Below, in pieces: positions 39,611 through 53,893 of a stretch of DNA of 64,000 nt. The position numbers and the translations under genes were made by a program. This stretch comes from Octopus sinensis (lineage: Eukaryota): assembly GCF_006345805.1 (NCBI RefSeq), contig NC_043006.1:8370001-8434000 (forward strand), given 5' to 3'. The notes beneath the pieces are model-generated. The model did not search any database and was not told the DNA's origin. It was given only the letters and a program-made list of their open reading frames with translations. Positions within the stretch are counted from its first letter, which is position 1. Every line of letters begins with the position of its first letter.

Positions 39611-40670
39611 GACACAAATATTGCTGAATATATCTTTCTGATTGAAATGCAAATTCGTGCAGCCTTAGGCAATGAATAATTGTGAAAAATTTTGCAGGAG
39701 TTGCCGTATAGAAATAAATAGTTCAATTAAAATTTAGAGGCGTTATATTTTTAGGCTCATGATTAGTTTAGTGAAGAGAACAGAGAACTATAAATAATTC
39801 CCGGGGACACGAAATGCGCTATTATAATTTCGATATAGAGAAACAAAAACATGAAAATATAGCAACAAAACGGAGATCCAAAATCTTAGTTTGGAGTATT
39901 TCAGAAGTATTTATTTTCTTCTCTTGATCAATCACACACATTTACTGAAACACGTATATATACATATACGTAGAAACACACGTGCATACATATACGTCGG
40001 TTGTTTATGAGGAAAATACTTGTGGAAAATGAAGAAAGCAAGCAACGGTGATAAAATGAATAAGATGAAAAAACGCAAAAATCAAATATATTGACATATG
40101 TAAAAGGCGTATGTAGTTTCAGCGGTAACCATATTTGACAACTTGTAAATATTTTATATAAAAATATATGATCAAGAGAAGGGAGCAATATAAGAATAAT
40201 CAAGAAACCCTTAAGAAGCCCTTAAATATCCTGAATATATTTTGAGCAACTTAAATTAAAAAAGTAAGTGAATTATTTCAATGTGGCATGTTATAGAAAC
40301 GCAGATATCTTACACTGCAGGTAACTGAAAATAGACATACTCTAACCATACACACAATCAAGCATAAACACATGCACACACAAAGAGACTGAGGTACACA
40401 CACATATATACAAACACACACACGCACGCACACACACATACATAAAAACACGCAAATACATGCATACAAATATACGCACATACATATATACATATGCACT
40501 CACACACATACATGCATACGCACATGTATACATACATACATGTATGTGTAGCCTCACACACACACACACACACACACACACTAATTGTGTGGGTGGGATA
40601 GAAAGCGAGAGTGAGAGAGTAAGAGAGAAGATGGAATATATTCTTTACTTATGTATGTATCTATGCATAT

Positions 40671-40978
40671 ATTCTTTTATTTGTTTCAGTCATTTGTTTC
40701 TGGCCATGCTGGAGCACGGCCGTTAGACGAAGAAATCGACCACAGGACTTATTCTTTGTAAACTTAGTACTTATTCTATTGGTCTCTTTTGCCGAACCAC
40801 TAATGACAAACACACACAGATATATATACGACGGACTTCTTTCAGTTTCCGTCTACCAAAGTCACTCACAGCGTTTTAGTTGGCCCGAAGCTAAAGCAGA
40901 AGAAACTTGTGCAAGGCGCCACGCAGTGGGACTGAACTCGGAACCATGTGGTTGGGAATCAAACTGTTTACCACATAC
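40671..40978 (-). mobile_element. SINE family A with internal deletion, degenerate
   Basis: Tail TTCTTTTATTTGTTTCAGTC, GGCCATGCTGGAGCAC; head CACGCAGTGGGACTGAACTCGGAACCATGTGG. Confidence 0.85.
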
Positions 40979-41753
40979 ACACACACACAAGGATGTATGT
41001 GTATATATAAACAACGGGCAACGTATCCGTGATGGACGGCGTACACATGCTCATGTCATTTCCTTCACAGCGAAGTAATTCAAAAATGCCATCGTCCTGA
41101 TAAAATATAAGTATACATTTGAAAGAAAGTCTTCAAGCAGAAGTGAGATGGTAAATGTGATTTGATGGCAGAAATATATTCTATTCAAAACGGGGTTTCT
41201 ATCGGAACGTAGGAGGAATAGAATATGTACGCTAATGAGAATTTACATATTTTCTCTTCATTTCTAAAAGTAGAGGCCATAATCAATGCATCACACAAAA
41301 TCGTGATTTTCTTTAGTTTCTCTTGTTTATTCAACATACAATTCGACAGAATTTCTCTGATTATTTAGGAACAAGATTTAACGGAAATGATGTGTTGGTA
41401 ATAGCGAATTTAAATAGGTTTCTCTGTTTAACTGTGTATGAGTGTGCCCTTTAATAACACTGATTCCGATTTCTCAGTTTATTGCTTCAAATATTCTGGT
41501 GTTATACAATCGTATAAGTTGGTGGCGAAATATAGCATAATCCATAATATGTTACAAAAATTGCTCTCAGAAATTTACAAATTAACACACTTGACTGGTC
41601 TCATACAGACCCTGCCACATAGCTAATGGGGAGCGGTAGTTTGCATATAAAATGAATAACATAGTAACCACACCATATCTGTACATCATCCCTCCAAAAC
41701 TACATATTCATACAGTATACATGCACTCATACACGTATATATGAATGCATGTG

Positions 41754-41793
<40 letters not shown>

Positions 41794-42889
41794 GAAAAAC
41801 AACATGAGTGAGAAAATACAGTAACACCGCTGGATAGTAATGTTTATATGTCAACATAACGTGGCAGTCCTGTAAAGGACGATGTTACTGTTGCTTTAGC
41901 CCCAAGAAAACATCTCTTCCATCTGGCTAACGACGTATACAGTATTTTCATATTTTCAAAGGAGGTCATCACTTCCATACATAACTTTACGTAATATTCA
42001 CAGACCTAGGTTTCTGGATGTTATCCGTCCTCAGTGCGAGATTTCTCTAGCTAGTGACGAAATAATGTGCGAGATAATCATCAGCTGGTGACGAAAGCTA
42101 TTTCCACCGTAGAGCCGCAAGGTTAGATGGTGTATGATCAATGGAAATGGTCTTCAATCTGCGACACACCTGCTCAATACAGAGAGTGTTTTGTTCTCCA
42201 ATACGCCAAAGGTAAATTGCACATATGTTCACATTTGCTGTAAATTTCTGATCTGAAATGTAACTGTGATTCATATGCGATCTTTTAGCTACGCATAACT
42301 GGCATTTTTTATTGTTGTTCCGTTACTATACAGAAAGGATCCTTCTACAATTTTCCACCGCATTGAATGTGGCGTGGAAATGGACTTTAAACTTCAGCCA
42401 GCTAGACTACTTCGTGTCTTTACTTCTATCCATGTGCCGGAAAGAAATCAGTTGGTTAGTTAGCAACTTTTGAAGTCACCGTCGCATAATCCGATGTAAT
42501 TATTTTCGGTTTGGTTATCATATAACGTTAACGAATCTTCTGCTTTGCATGTGATAGAGTTAATCATGCATCTCTGAATGAGGAGACAACCTCCAGAGTT
42601 TTGACAGTTACAACTAACAGTAGGTCTTGGTGGTGTTAGCGGGTAATGAGACTCTTTATATTGGTGCAGCAGCTATATAATAAGTTAATTGAGTGATAAT
42701 TTAATTGAAATTATAATATATATATACATTTTATGGAATTTGTTGTCGAAGACGATGTGTCAGCTTTCAGTTTTTGCTGAAAGACCTGCACAAATGATCT
42801 GTTTATAATGATTAAATGTACTTTAGCTAACTCCCTCCATCAAATCCGCGTTGCTTGAACAGATGCACGTTGCACCACATGAGTCGAAG

Positions 42890-43007
42890 TGATGGCAGAG
42901 CAACATGAGATAATGGGATTATACGAAAGAGCTCAAGCACCACCCGGTCAGGGCACTGAAACCACGATCTCAAGACCGGAAGTGTAAAACCCTAGGTACT
43001 AGGGCAT
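42890..43007 (-). mobile_element. SINE family D-related, degenerate
   Basis: GGCAGAGCAACATGAGAT...CCCGGTCAGGGCACTGAAACCACGATCTCAAG resembles the reverse complement of ~59572-59700. Confidence 0.6.
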
Positions 43008-43154
43008 ACATACACACGCGCGCGCGCACACACACACACAGATATATATATATATGTATGTATGTATGTATATATGTGTGTGTGTGTATGAATGTGTGTG
43101 TATGAGTGTGTACATACATACATATATACGCAAATGTGTGTGTGCGTGTATCGC

Positions 43155-43520
43155 TTATATTCTTCAGTCATTTGACTACAGCCGTACTGGGGTACCTCCT
43201 TAAAGAACTTTTATTCTAATGAATCGACCCCAATACTTATCTTTTAAGCCGATACTTATTCTAACGGTCTCTTTTAATGTATCACTATGTTACAGAGACG
43301 TAAACAAACCAACATCGGTTGACATGAATTGGTGGAGGACAAACTCAGATTCAAAAACAAACACACATACACACACATATTTCTATACGATGAGCTTCTT
43401 TCAGTTTCCGTCAAACAATTCCACGCACAAAGCTTTGGTCGGCCGGTGGCTATAGTAGAAGGCATGATGTGAGACTGCACCGGGACCCATGTGGTTGGAA
43501 AGCAGCGCTTCTTACCACAA
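43155..43520 (-). mobile_element. SINE family A, degenerate
   Basis: TTCAGTCATTTGACTACAGCC...CTTCTTTCAGTTTCCGTC...GCTATAGTAGAAG...CCATGTGGTTGG. Confidence 0.82.
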
Positions 43521-43747
43521 CACTCACTCACACACACACACACAACACACACACACACACACACACACACCTTTATTTGAAAGATTGATATTGTCTAATT
43601 TGCTTGAAATACTGATCTTTCTCCATTTCTATGCAATTAAGAAGCAATATATTGTCTGTTATGTTCGAAACATATGAAATAATATTCCCTATAAGTAAAC
43701 GTTGAGTTGTTTCAATAATAATGCTTCATTATAGGGACATGTACAAC

Positions 43748-43787
<40 letters not shown>

Positions 43788-44593
43788 ATTCGTACATACG
43801 TACTTATATGCAAACATGCCTTCATACATGCATACTTACATACGTGCAGACTCAATATTAATGCATGACCTCTTTCATCAAATGCGTAGATAATATACAA
43901 AGTGAGAATGCCATTTCCATTTCCTATTTTGACTCCACCTGTTGCTGGAAATATCCGGAATATACTTAACTATTTCGAAGAAATGGAATAAAGTACTTCA
44001 GACATCATAACACACTGCCAAACTTCCCAATACTCTGCCAAAATTCGTGCCTCTTCATTATTTAACCATATTGGGTTATGAATCCAAAAGTAACTAAATA
44101 TTTAAAGATATCTCAATTAAATTCTTTTCATCATTGCAGAAGCGGTCATATACTTGGGAGAACAAACCACTGGGTGGACCGACACACACTGATAACCATA
44201 TACATCATTGTTCTATACTGAAATTCTTCTACTTCGTTGTTGCAATAAAAGAGTTTATATTCTTCAGCAATTGAATCCATACGCAATGTTAAGTGTATTG
44301 AAATAAACTTATTATATTACTGTATTAGCGAAACAGTAATATACTTTTGGTCAGCTTTGATTTTAAGGCAAAATGCAAGCGTATTCTTATTGCAACTTTC
44401 TACATTGTTGATCACTAATGTATGATGGCTTATAAAGGATATCGTATAAGATCTTCTGCTCATCAAAAGTGAGTTTGGGTATGGAAAAAAGAAAAACAAA
44501 AGAAACCAAAACACTGCACAAGGAAAATTGCTGAATTTGTAACATTTGGCATTATATTTACCAGTGACTGTATTCGTTATTATACAAGGCATT

Positions 44594-44805
44594 AAGGTGG
44601 CGTACTGGCGGAATTGTCAGCGCACTAGATAAAATACTTAATGGCATTTCGTTCGTCTTTATGTTCTGAGTTCAAATTCCGCCGCGGTCGACTTTGACTT
44701 CCGTCTTTTGACGATTGATAAAATGACTTCCACTTAAGTACTGGTTTCGATGTAATCGACTAGCCCCCTCCACACCAAATTTCAAACCTTGTACTTATTG
44801 TGGAA
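44594..44805 (+). mobile_element. SINE family B, degenerate
   Basis: GTTCTGAGTTCAAATTCCGCCGCGGTCGACTTTGAC. Confidence 0.82.
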
Positions 44806-44947
44806 CAAGCGGAGTTAGATGGGGGCGCAGAAGATAGTCCGCCCTGTGCGGCACTTTCTTAGGGGCGGCTGTAGATAATATGTATTTTTCGGGGTGGGGG
44901 CAAACTGAAAAACTGCTGCGTGTGGCACACACACTAGCTACGATAAG

Positions 44948-45332
44948 TGGAGGCGCAATGGTCCAGTGGTTAGGGCAGCGGACTTGCGGTCCTAGGATCG
45001 CGGTTTCGATTCCCAGACCGGGCGTTGTGAGTGTTTATTGATCGAAAACACCTAAAAGCTCCACGAGCCTCCGGCAGGGATGGTGGTGATCTCTGCTGTA
45101 CTCTTTCACCACAACTTTCTCTCACTCTTACTTCCTGTTTCTGTTGTACCTGTATTTCAAAGGGCCGGCGTTGTCACTCTCTGTCACGCTGAATATCCCC
45201 GAGAACTACATTAAGGGTACACGTGTCTGTGGAGTGCTCAGCCACTTACACGTTAATTTCACGAGCAGGCTGTTCCGTTGATCGGATCAACCGGAACCCT
45301 CGTCGTCGTAACCGACGGAGTGCTTCCACTCC
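44948..45332 (+). mobile_element. SINE family C, full length
   Basis: A-box TGGTCCAGTGGTT, B-box-like GTTTCGATTCCC, tail TCGTCGTCGTAACCGACGGAGTGCTTCCACTCCA; imperfect TSD AG[C/A]TACGATA. Confidence 0.94.
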
Positions 45333-46764
45333 AGATACGATAGTATATTGTAGATTATTATAAAAGCCATAATGTATAAGATACATAAAGTTTTAGATCT
45401 GAAATTTACCTCACAAACTACAGAGGTTTGGAAATGAAATTTTTATACATATACTTTATAGTTATTCTGTAGTTGATGATGGCCAGTCATTGCGATGCAG
45501 GCTTTTCCCTTTTGAATGTCCCTCCTTTTTAATGTAGAACTCTCCCAACATTTTATTTTACCATACGTATCAGCCCCATTTTCAGCATATGGCAAATGTA
45601 ACATAAACACTGTATAATATTAACTTTAAATGGAAGCACAATGTCATGAATTTTGGTGAGGATTGTATAACAGATTATCGAAGTCGCTGATTTTTACATA
45701 TTTTATCAATCTTGGGAATAGTAAAATCGAACATAATTGACTTCCAAAAGCAGAATGCATAAGGATCTGATTGAATACTTCAAAAGTAATTCGTAGCTGC
45801 TTCACAGATTTTGCAAGTTATTGCCAACATTTTGCATATTAAGAATATCTTTTTTTTTTGTACCTACAGATATTACAAACATATGGGCATATTGCCTTTC
45901 ATCTAAACTTTCATCAGCATTAATAATATCATAATGCCGTCTATCGTATTTTTACGCACTGGTTTCAAAGAATGCTTTCATGTTACAATATATTCAATGT
46001 CTTTCAAAGAAATACATTTGCGATCATTGAGTAAATTAGCGGTTTGAAGTAGAGTAAATATGATCCTTTGTTTTTAAATTATCAAACATGTTATACTACT
46101 GTGCAAATGGCTATAAACTGCTTTATCATGGTCTTTAAAATATATACAAAATTGCGTAACAATATACCAGAGTTTCAACCCCACTCTTTTAAATTCAAAT
46201 TCAATGTCATATTTCCGTTTTATCTGAAAGTAAGGCATTTAGTAATCACTATATCTATACCCTAAGCTTTTGGACATTAGGGCCAGATTTTCAAAGTGTT
46301 AAAATTCCATAGACGAACGACTATAAGATCAGTATTCAATATTTTCACCTGATTAAAGACAGGCTCCCTTAGTTAGTCACACATACTGAAATACAAGCTG
46401 AAATCAACAATAACTACGATATTTCTCTTAAAATTCACTCCTACGAACCACATTTCGGAATCTGATAAAGATGTTGGCATAAAATCAAAAGTGTTTACCC
46501 CTCCAGTAACTTAGAATGTTAAATTTCATAGAATATCATAAATATACAGCATATCTAGCTTAAGGATACTTTCAATAGACACAACTTCTGATCAATATGA
46601 CAATAGAAAACCGAAAAAATGTCAATGTTTCTTATGGTATCCGACAGCTATGTAGTTGAGTGATTCGTTTGATACCCACGTAAAATCTGGAAGACTGAAT
46701 CTGTACAAACACACACATAATGTATATGCGTACTCATACATACATACATACACAAATACATAGA

Positions 46765-46798
<34 letters not shown>

Positions 46799-46814
46799 CA
46801 TACATACATACATA

Positions 46815-46878
<64 letters not shown>

Positions 46879-46881
<3 letters not shown>

Positions 46882-47069
46882 GGAGTTTACACAAAAAAAG
46901 GCGAAGACAGGTGGTGTACAAAACAAACAGATGTATTAGTATAACGCTCAGGAATAGAAAAAGTCTTTTACGTTTCGAGCCTACGCTCTTCTACTGAAAG
47001 GGACACAGAAAAAACAAGGAGAGAAACAAGGAGAGAAAAAAATGTGCGAAGTGGGTTACGACCTATCAT
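46879..47069 (-). mobile_element. ~190-bp hammerhead-like repeat, family HH2
   Basis: Inserted within (TA)n; HHR-like fold at 46965-47000. Confidence 0.7.
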
Positions 47070-47084
47070 ATATATATATAATAT

Positions 47085-47169
<85 letters not shown>

Positions 47170-47286
47170 TATTATATGGTGGTAATAGATCTTCGTCGTT
47201 CGCCGACGATGATTCACATTCGCACGCAAACACACACGCACACACATATATGCATACACGCCCGAACACACACACACATACACACA

Positions 47287-47752
47287 CATCATCATCATCA
47301 TCATCATTGTTCGACCGTGGTCGAGACAATGGAATTTACTATGTTACGCCAGACTTCACGGTCCATCATAGCATTACAGAGGTCCTGTTGCTGGATGCCT
47401 GTATCCCTGGAGATTACATCAGGGTAGGAGAGTGTGCGCCCTCTGGTATTGCGAGTAGATGGCTTCCAGGGGAGAAGAGCAGAAATTACTTCTTTTTCAG
47501 CTCTACAACAATGTCCAGCAAACTGGACTCTCCTACCTTTCACAAGAGATGACACAGGTGGTAATTTCCCATATATTTGCATTTTGTTGGATGACGCTTC
47601 CACGAGAGATTTTGAACTCTCATAAGGAGGCGAGTGTAAGTTTCATCCAACCGCCTCTCAAGCTTCTTTGATAACGTCCAGGTTTCTGAGCCATATAGTA
47701 GAATTGGTTCGACTGTGGCTTTGAATATTTCAAGATTGAAGTCTCTACTTAG
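47287..47752 (-). mobile_element. RTE-clade LINE 3' end (5'-truncated) with (TGA)n tail
   Basis: C-terminal RT-region peptide FKATVEPILLYGSETWTLSKKLERRLDETYTRLL..VQNLSWKRHP / IYGKLPPVSSLVKGRRVQFAGHCCR...LLPWKP...SYPDVISRDTG...AMMDREVWR, stop, then (TGA)n; inserted in a CA tract. Confidence 0.9.
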
Positions 47753-48979
47753 ATACACACATACACACACACACTCACACACACTCGCAAAAACACAAAA
47801 ACAATAGCTGAAATGAAAATCCTTATTTGTAATTCGTTTACCGTCTGTCTAATTCGAGATGATTTACTAAAAATGTAGAAAACTTAATAGACAATATGCA
47901 TTGTGTACTTTTTGTAAGTCAGTCTAAATCTGTTTTAACCATACTTTCAATTTTATAGGAAATAACGCAAAAAATTTATCGATTTCTTCAAATACCTTTT
48001 CTTTGAACAAATAAATCTACGAATATTTTCACATAATTTTATGTACTTGCATTAATTTTTCAAAATATTTTTATGTAATCTTATCTGTGTTTCTTTAATA
48101 ATTCCATCTCACTGCAATGCTTTTTTTTTGTTATTTTTTTATTCGTTTATATTCCTGTTGAATAACTTATAATTAGTTAATTCACTGAAAACTTTGCACT
48201 AAAAACGGCAAAAATGTTTGAAAGCACTATCTTCAAAAATGTAGCAATTTTCTTTTGCAGATGAAATTAAACAAAATATGAAAAATAATTGCTGCGAAAA
48301 TTATATATTCTTTGAAATTTTCTTCAGAAACCTTTCCAGATTTTTCAAATACATTTTTTACCAGCAGAAAATTTCATAAAACATCTGAAAATCTATATCT
48401 GTTTATTAAATTATTTATTGTGCTGATCTTCGTATTAACTTAGTTATTCAATTTACAGTCGAAATATTGAAATTGACAGAATCTGTAGAACATTTCGTTA
48501 ATTCAGGTTTCTCTTTGAATTCTTACTTCAAGTATCTTCCCATGGGGGGTGAATGAAGTGCCAATCAATCAGGAAGTCAATATATTTTCCCTTCACCGGC
48601 CCCTTCACTCTTGCAGAACCCACTACGCGGCACTCTTCGAGAGACTGAATTTAGTAACTATATTAATTAGTTATACTATTTTCGAGAACTGATGATTTAT
48701 AAAATATAAGTCATCCAAAAAAAAAAAAAAATTAATGTTTAAGATGTGCATAGAATTTTATAAAATTTCCAATTTCTTTGTTTTGTGAAGTCAGTATTGG
48801 CAGTGTTCTCTTGTGGCGAACAAGGATTCTGCCAATCAGGTCTCTCATCTGTATGTAATTATTTTTAGAATAATTCCAGAAATTTAAATAGTGTAATTTA
48901 CTTTCTTCAAAGAGAAATTATAAAAGAATTTTCTCAATTGCAATAAGAAAGAAAGGAAGAATTATGAAAATATTGATCT

Positions 48980-49200
48980 AAATTTTGACACCAGGCCAAC
49001 AATTCCTGAAGTGGTGGTAAATCGATTACGTCGATCCCATTACTGAACAAGACCTTATTTTATCGATTTTATCAAAAAGGTTGGAAAGCAAAATAGACCC
49101 ATGACATTTTCGTACCAAGAGAGAACTTTATAAAGCATTTGGATGAGAAATGTTGCTAAGCATTTTGCAACGCGAAGTAATGATCCTGTCAGCTCGACGG
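48980..49200 (-). mobile_element. SINE family B, highly degenerate
   Basis: AAATTTTGACACCAGGCC...TCGATTACGTCGATCCC...TGCTAAGCATTTTGC...CAGCTCG. Confidence 0.55.
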
Positions 49201-51419
49201 ATTGCAGATATAAGAAAATATTATCATATGTCGAGGCGAAGATTCCAGCCATAGAATAAATAAGGATGTTCTGAAAATGAATTTTTACTAGTGATGATTC
49301 CACAGAGACGACATTTGCAAGTATGAAACACAAATGGATACGTATATTGTATATGCAAGGCACCGTTACATAACACATAGTGGTCTAAATGAACATCTTT
49401 AGAGCAATTCCTTTAAAATTTCCTTCATTGGGTATGATCTTGAATCACGAAATATTCAACAGCTAAAATATGTATTGCAAATTGTGTTAATCATTGTAAA
49501 TGTCTGTACATAACATTATTTCTGTCTGACAAGAAATAAAAAAAAAAATTGCAAAGATATCTTTCTCTACGAACAAGAAAACCTGACACTATTTACAAAG
49601 ATTGTTATTTATATTAATCAATTTATTAAATATTATTATCAAATTTAGAAAATTTTCAAATATTCCTCTCTACCTCCATTAAATTTTTATTCGTATTAAT
49701 TATTGTCGAAGACAATGCAATAAATTTTGCTAATAAATTCTAAGGAAGTCTTTTATAATAAGCACGACTAAAAACATTGAAACAGCTTCTCTGCATACAT
49801 GATGAGATTAACTGCGGAAGTTAGAGTTAATCTAATATTAAAATATCAAATTAGAAAACGAAATATATAGGGTTTAATTTTTTGTTTCTCTCGCAAAACA
49901 GAGAAAATGATTCCAGTATTGTTCATCTTGCAAAGAATGATGCAAAGATAAAGAAAATAAAAAAACAAAATGGCCCGATTAATAGAAAAACATAAGTATA
50001 TACACCACAATGCCTGTGAGTCACAATGACGGGAAGCACTGTGGTGCGTGTACAGTGCTATTTTAGAACGATTACACACATACACACAAGATTACGCACA
50101 CACAAATGGTTGAAATCAGCTGTTTCATACAATTGCTGTAACATCTGCCCTTTCAGAGACGATCTGTTGAATTCACGAAAATTTTAGTTGGTTCTAAATA
50201 GCATCTGAAATGAATCAAATGTTTACCAAACTTTTAAACAGCTGTGAGTATTGTCCTAATATTAGATTTAATCTTATATATTCTTTTATATTGTTTGCTG
50301 CTGTAGCAATGAATTTCTGTGAAACACTTCGTAGAGAAAAGAATACAAAGAGATGATTTAATATTGAAGTAGTAATTATACTATGTATCAAAACTTATTC
50401 CAAACACTGGAATTATTTTACTTTATTTCAATAAAATAGGCTGAAAATCCATTTCTACAATGTTTGCATAACGGAAAATTCCAAGAAAAGAACAATGAAT
50501 ATCTTCAGTAAGTGTAGGTTAACCTCCGAAGACATCAGTCGCAAGAACATAAAAGACACTAGTTTGAACTCAGTGCGTTTACGGCTCAGATAAAGCATAA
50601 TCGCGCGCACACGCACACATACAATGCCAGAAAATACATTGATTTACCGTTGTTTCTCTTACAGCAGCCTCATTATTGTCTGTCTGCAAAGCTGGGGGGA
50701 AAAACAGCAAAGAAAATTTATTATTATTATTATTTTTTTTTTTTTTGTGAAATTACTTTTAAAATCTATATGCAATTTTTCCATTGCCTTAAACGATTTT
50801 TAACATCGCTTAGCAACAACTACTGATTTCTCTAAGTTGTAAATTTAAAAGTACTGCCAATAAAAAAAATGTATTACATTATGAACAGCATCCTTGACAA
50901 GGATGCAGCGTCATTCAGTAAATGTAAATTGTAACTCTAGAACTGTCAACATCGACCTACAACGGACAACCGAAGAAAGTATATTTTGTAAAGAGTGAAC
51001 GGACATGATATTTGTTATTTATATAACAGTTGTGTGTGTGTGTGGATGTAAACTATACGCGAGCCTTTAAAATTATTCCTCTCCCAAAATAGCGCTTCCT
51101 CCACTTCGTGCTTTTTCATTCCAACACAATTTAGAACACGCAATTGATACGCCTGAACAGCTACAATCAAACTCACAAAATGTACTTTATCATTTGACGA
51201 TCCGAATATCTCAACTTCATTGAGCTAAACATAGGATATAATGCTGAAGTCATTCAACACATTTCAATACACAGCTTTTTCCACCTATACCTCGTCCTTC
51301 TCTTTTTCTTCTCCCATTACTACTACTACTACTACTATTGCTATCCACTTTTCATCCTTCTCTGTCTCTTTTTTGGTTTCTATATATTCTCTCATATATT
51401 CCTGTATATTCCTTTCTAC

Positions 51420-51570
51420 TATAGGCACAAAGCCAGAGATATGGTAGGAGGAGACTAGTCGATTACATCGAACTCAGAACTAAACTGCTATTCATTTCAA
51501 CAAGGCAAAGTCGCCCACGGCGAAATTTCAAATCACAACGTAAAAGCTGACGAAAGGCCGCTAAACATTT
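51420..51570 (-). mobile_element. SINE family B, degenerate
   Basis: GACTAGTCGATTACATCGA...AAGGCAAAGTCGCCCACGGCGAAATTT...CCGCTAAACATTTT. Confidence 0.65.
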
Positions 51571-52994
51571 TTATCCTTTTTTTGGCGTGCTTAACTATAC
51601 CATCTCGTCACAGAGGAGAATGAGAATTAAAACACTTAGGTAATGTGTCTCTAAGTTTCCTTATCTGAATAACTCTTGTGTTCTGTGAAGACTCAATCTT
51701 TTAAAGGGAAAAGGTGTTCTCTGAAGAGAAAATACAACAGTGATCAGATATTGACATATTAAAAATAAATATGATATTGTTTGATGTGTAATTAATTTCT
51801 GTGCACATGATTATCACTTTGGCAGACATCAGTAACTAAGTTGTTTGCGGATTTCTAAACAAGAGCTGCACTTTGTGTTTTGTTTAGTTCATTGATCTGG
51901 CGGCTGCTTTCACTGAAGAGCCAAAACCAGGTAGAAACATCACAGTGTTCCGTACCTCATTAAATCGATTATGTCGTCTACAGGCATTATCAGCAAGGAG
52001 ATGTTCTCCGAAGTTGAAATGCTAATGTGATTAGCTTGTTCAGATGCTAAAAGTATTGTGTGGTATGACTCTAAGACGAGCACTAGTAGCATCGTTAGTA
52101 CTCTGGAAAAATTGCTTAGCTGAATTTCGTGGAATGAATTTGCCTTCATTCAGGGTTGATAATTTACATACTAGTTGAGTAATTGGATCGATGCAATCGA
52201 CTAGTATACTTCCTCCACCAAGATGTTCAAAAATTGTGCCTCTAGTAGAAAGGGTTACTGCAAAATGGATAGTAGCATTTCTTTTGGATAATGCGAACAT
52301 CAGTAATATAATGCAAAAATCAAGAATCCAGAGTATACCAGAATGGATATGATGTGCTTCCATTATCTGTTGTGGCACACAATATCAAAAGAATAAGTCG
52401 TAAGAAGTTGCGTGACTTGGCCAGGTAAATACTTTTGAGTCGATTCTATCCAAACTCCTTTGTTTACAAAACAGTTCATTCAAATATATAACGTCCAAAT
52501 CCTGCGGACAATTGAAAGATCATTAGAGCTGGTTTTTACAAGCGAGTGACCAAGGATAACTCAAAGCTTGATGCGAAATATTGGTTATATAGTTCATATA
52601 TGTAATCGAAGTCACAATGGTCCTTAACCACAAAATGAAGATATGTTCCTCAAATACAGCTTTGATAGATGATGTAGCATTTTTGGTAAAGCGCGATAAT
52701 TCAATGGTGAGAAATCTGTGCTGAGTGGTTACGTTAATATGTTTAAGCAACGGCGCAAAGAAATTGCGTAGGATAACCTAAGTCAAATGAAGTACCTGAT
52801 TGCAACGAAGCGATACCTACATTAGCAGGCAGCGAAGTTTTCGAAGGATTGGCCTTTCAACGACGTCAATCACAGTTTCCGCCTTTCCATGTTCGTTAGC
52901 GCTATAATATAAAACCAGTTTGTACACTGGGAACGTGTAACTGTATGATAACTCCTCACCACTTAAGCATTCCTGCGTCTATAATAGCTGCAAA

Positions 52995-53105
52995 TAAGCA
53001 TAAGGTCAGCAATTTTGACGGAAGGGGTAAAACGATTACATCGATCCCAGTGCTTGACTGGTACTTAATTTTATCGAGATTGAAAGGATGTAACGTAAAT
53101 TTGAT
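52995..53105 (-). mobile_element. SINE family B 3' fragment
   Basis: CGATTACATCGATCCCAGTGCTTGACTGGTACTTAATTTTATCGA...GAAAGGATG. Confidence 0.7.
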
Positions 53106-53171
53106 GCAATTTTTTTCTATATGGTATAATTAATTTTTTCATTGTTAAATCGATAAAAGGTGTTTTTTCTA

Positions 53172-53207
<36 letters not shown>

Positions 53208-53463
53208 AATATTATTCCAAACTTACAGGGAAAATTCAATTTAGTAATACTGAATCAAATTTCACAAAATATAATACATGTATATAATTTATGTGTGAAT
53301 TTAAATGTAAATCTATAGATATTGACGCGTGATTCCCTCCTAATACTAATGCATTTGAAATATTTCTAAAATCACATCATTAACGTTAAAAAAAAAGAAA
53401 GAAAAAACTACATATTTCTTTTACATATATTCACCTAGTAGATTTTTGCAGGATTTTAGAATA

Positions 53464-53893
53464 TATAGATTATTTACTTTTGACGGATATTTGTCCTCTT
53501 CTTGTTTGTTGTTCACAATACAACGTTTCGGCTGATATACCCTCCAGATTTCATCATGTGTCTTGGAGAAATTTCAAACCTGGGTTCTCATTTCTAAGCT
53601 GTTTTTCGATGTTATTATTATGGCCTGCAATCGAACTCGGAATTAGTAGCCCGCGCTCTTAACACCTACCGAGTTCGATTGCAGACAGTGACCTGGATAA
53701 GAATAAGAATAATAACAACATCGGAAGATACCTTAGGAATGAGAACCCTGGTTCGAAATTTCCCCAATACACCTAATAAAGGCTGGAGAGTATGTCAGCC
53801 GAAACGTTGTATTAACAACAAAGAACACGAGGACAAATATCCGTCAGATGTAAATAATGTACATAATTCCTCATCTCTTAAATATAGAACTGC
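53464..53893. mobile_element. tRNA-headed hammerhead-bearing repeat HH1, head-to-head inverted dimer with 11-bp TSD
   Basis: Minus arm ~53464-53668, plus arm 53669-53893. HHR-like motifs at 53517-53562 (-) and 53768-53813 (+). Perfect 16-bp inverted repeat 53625-53640/53669-53684. Direct repeat ATTTTAGAATA at 53453-53463 and 53894-53904. Confidence 0.8.

Noticed and set aside
51913-51955. CTGAAGA...GAAAC as a hammerhead
   Set aside because: No G10.1-C11.1 pair and no stem I.
51900-52900. Higher-complexity block with several 69-112 aa ORFs
   Set aside because: No recognisable domain and stops in all frames; possibly an old TE or UTR.
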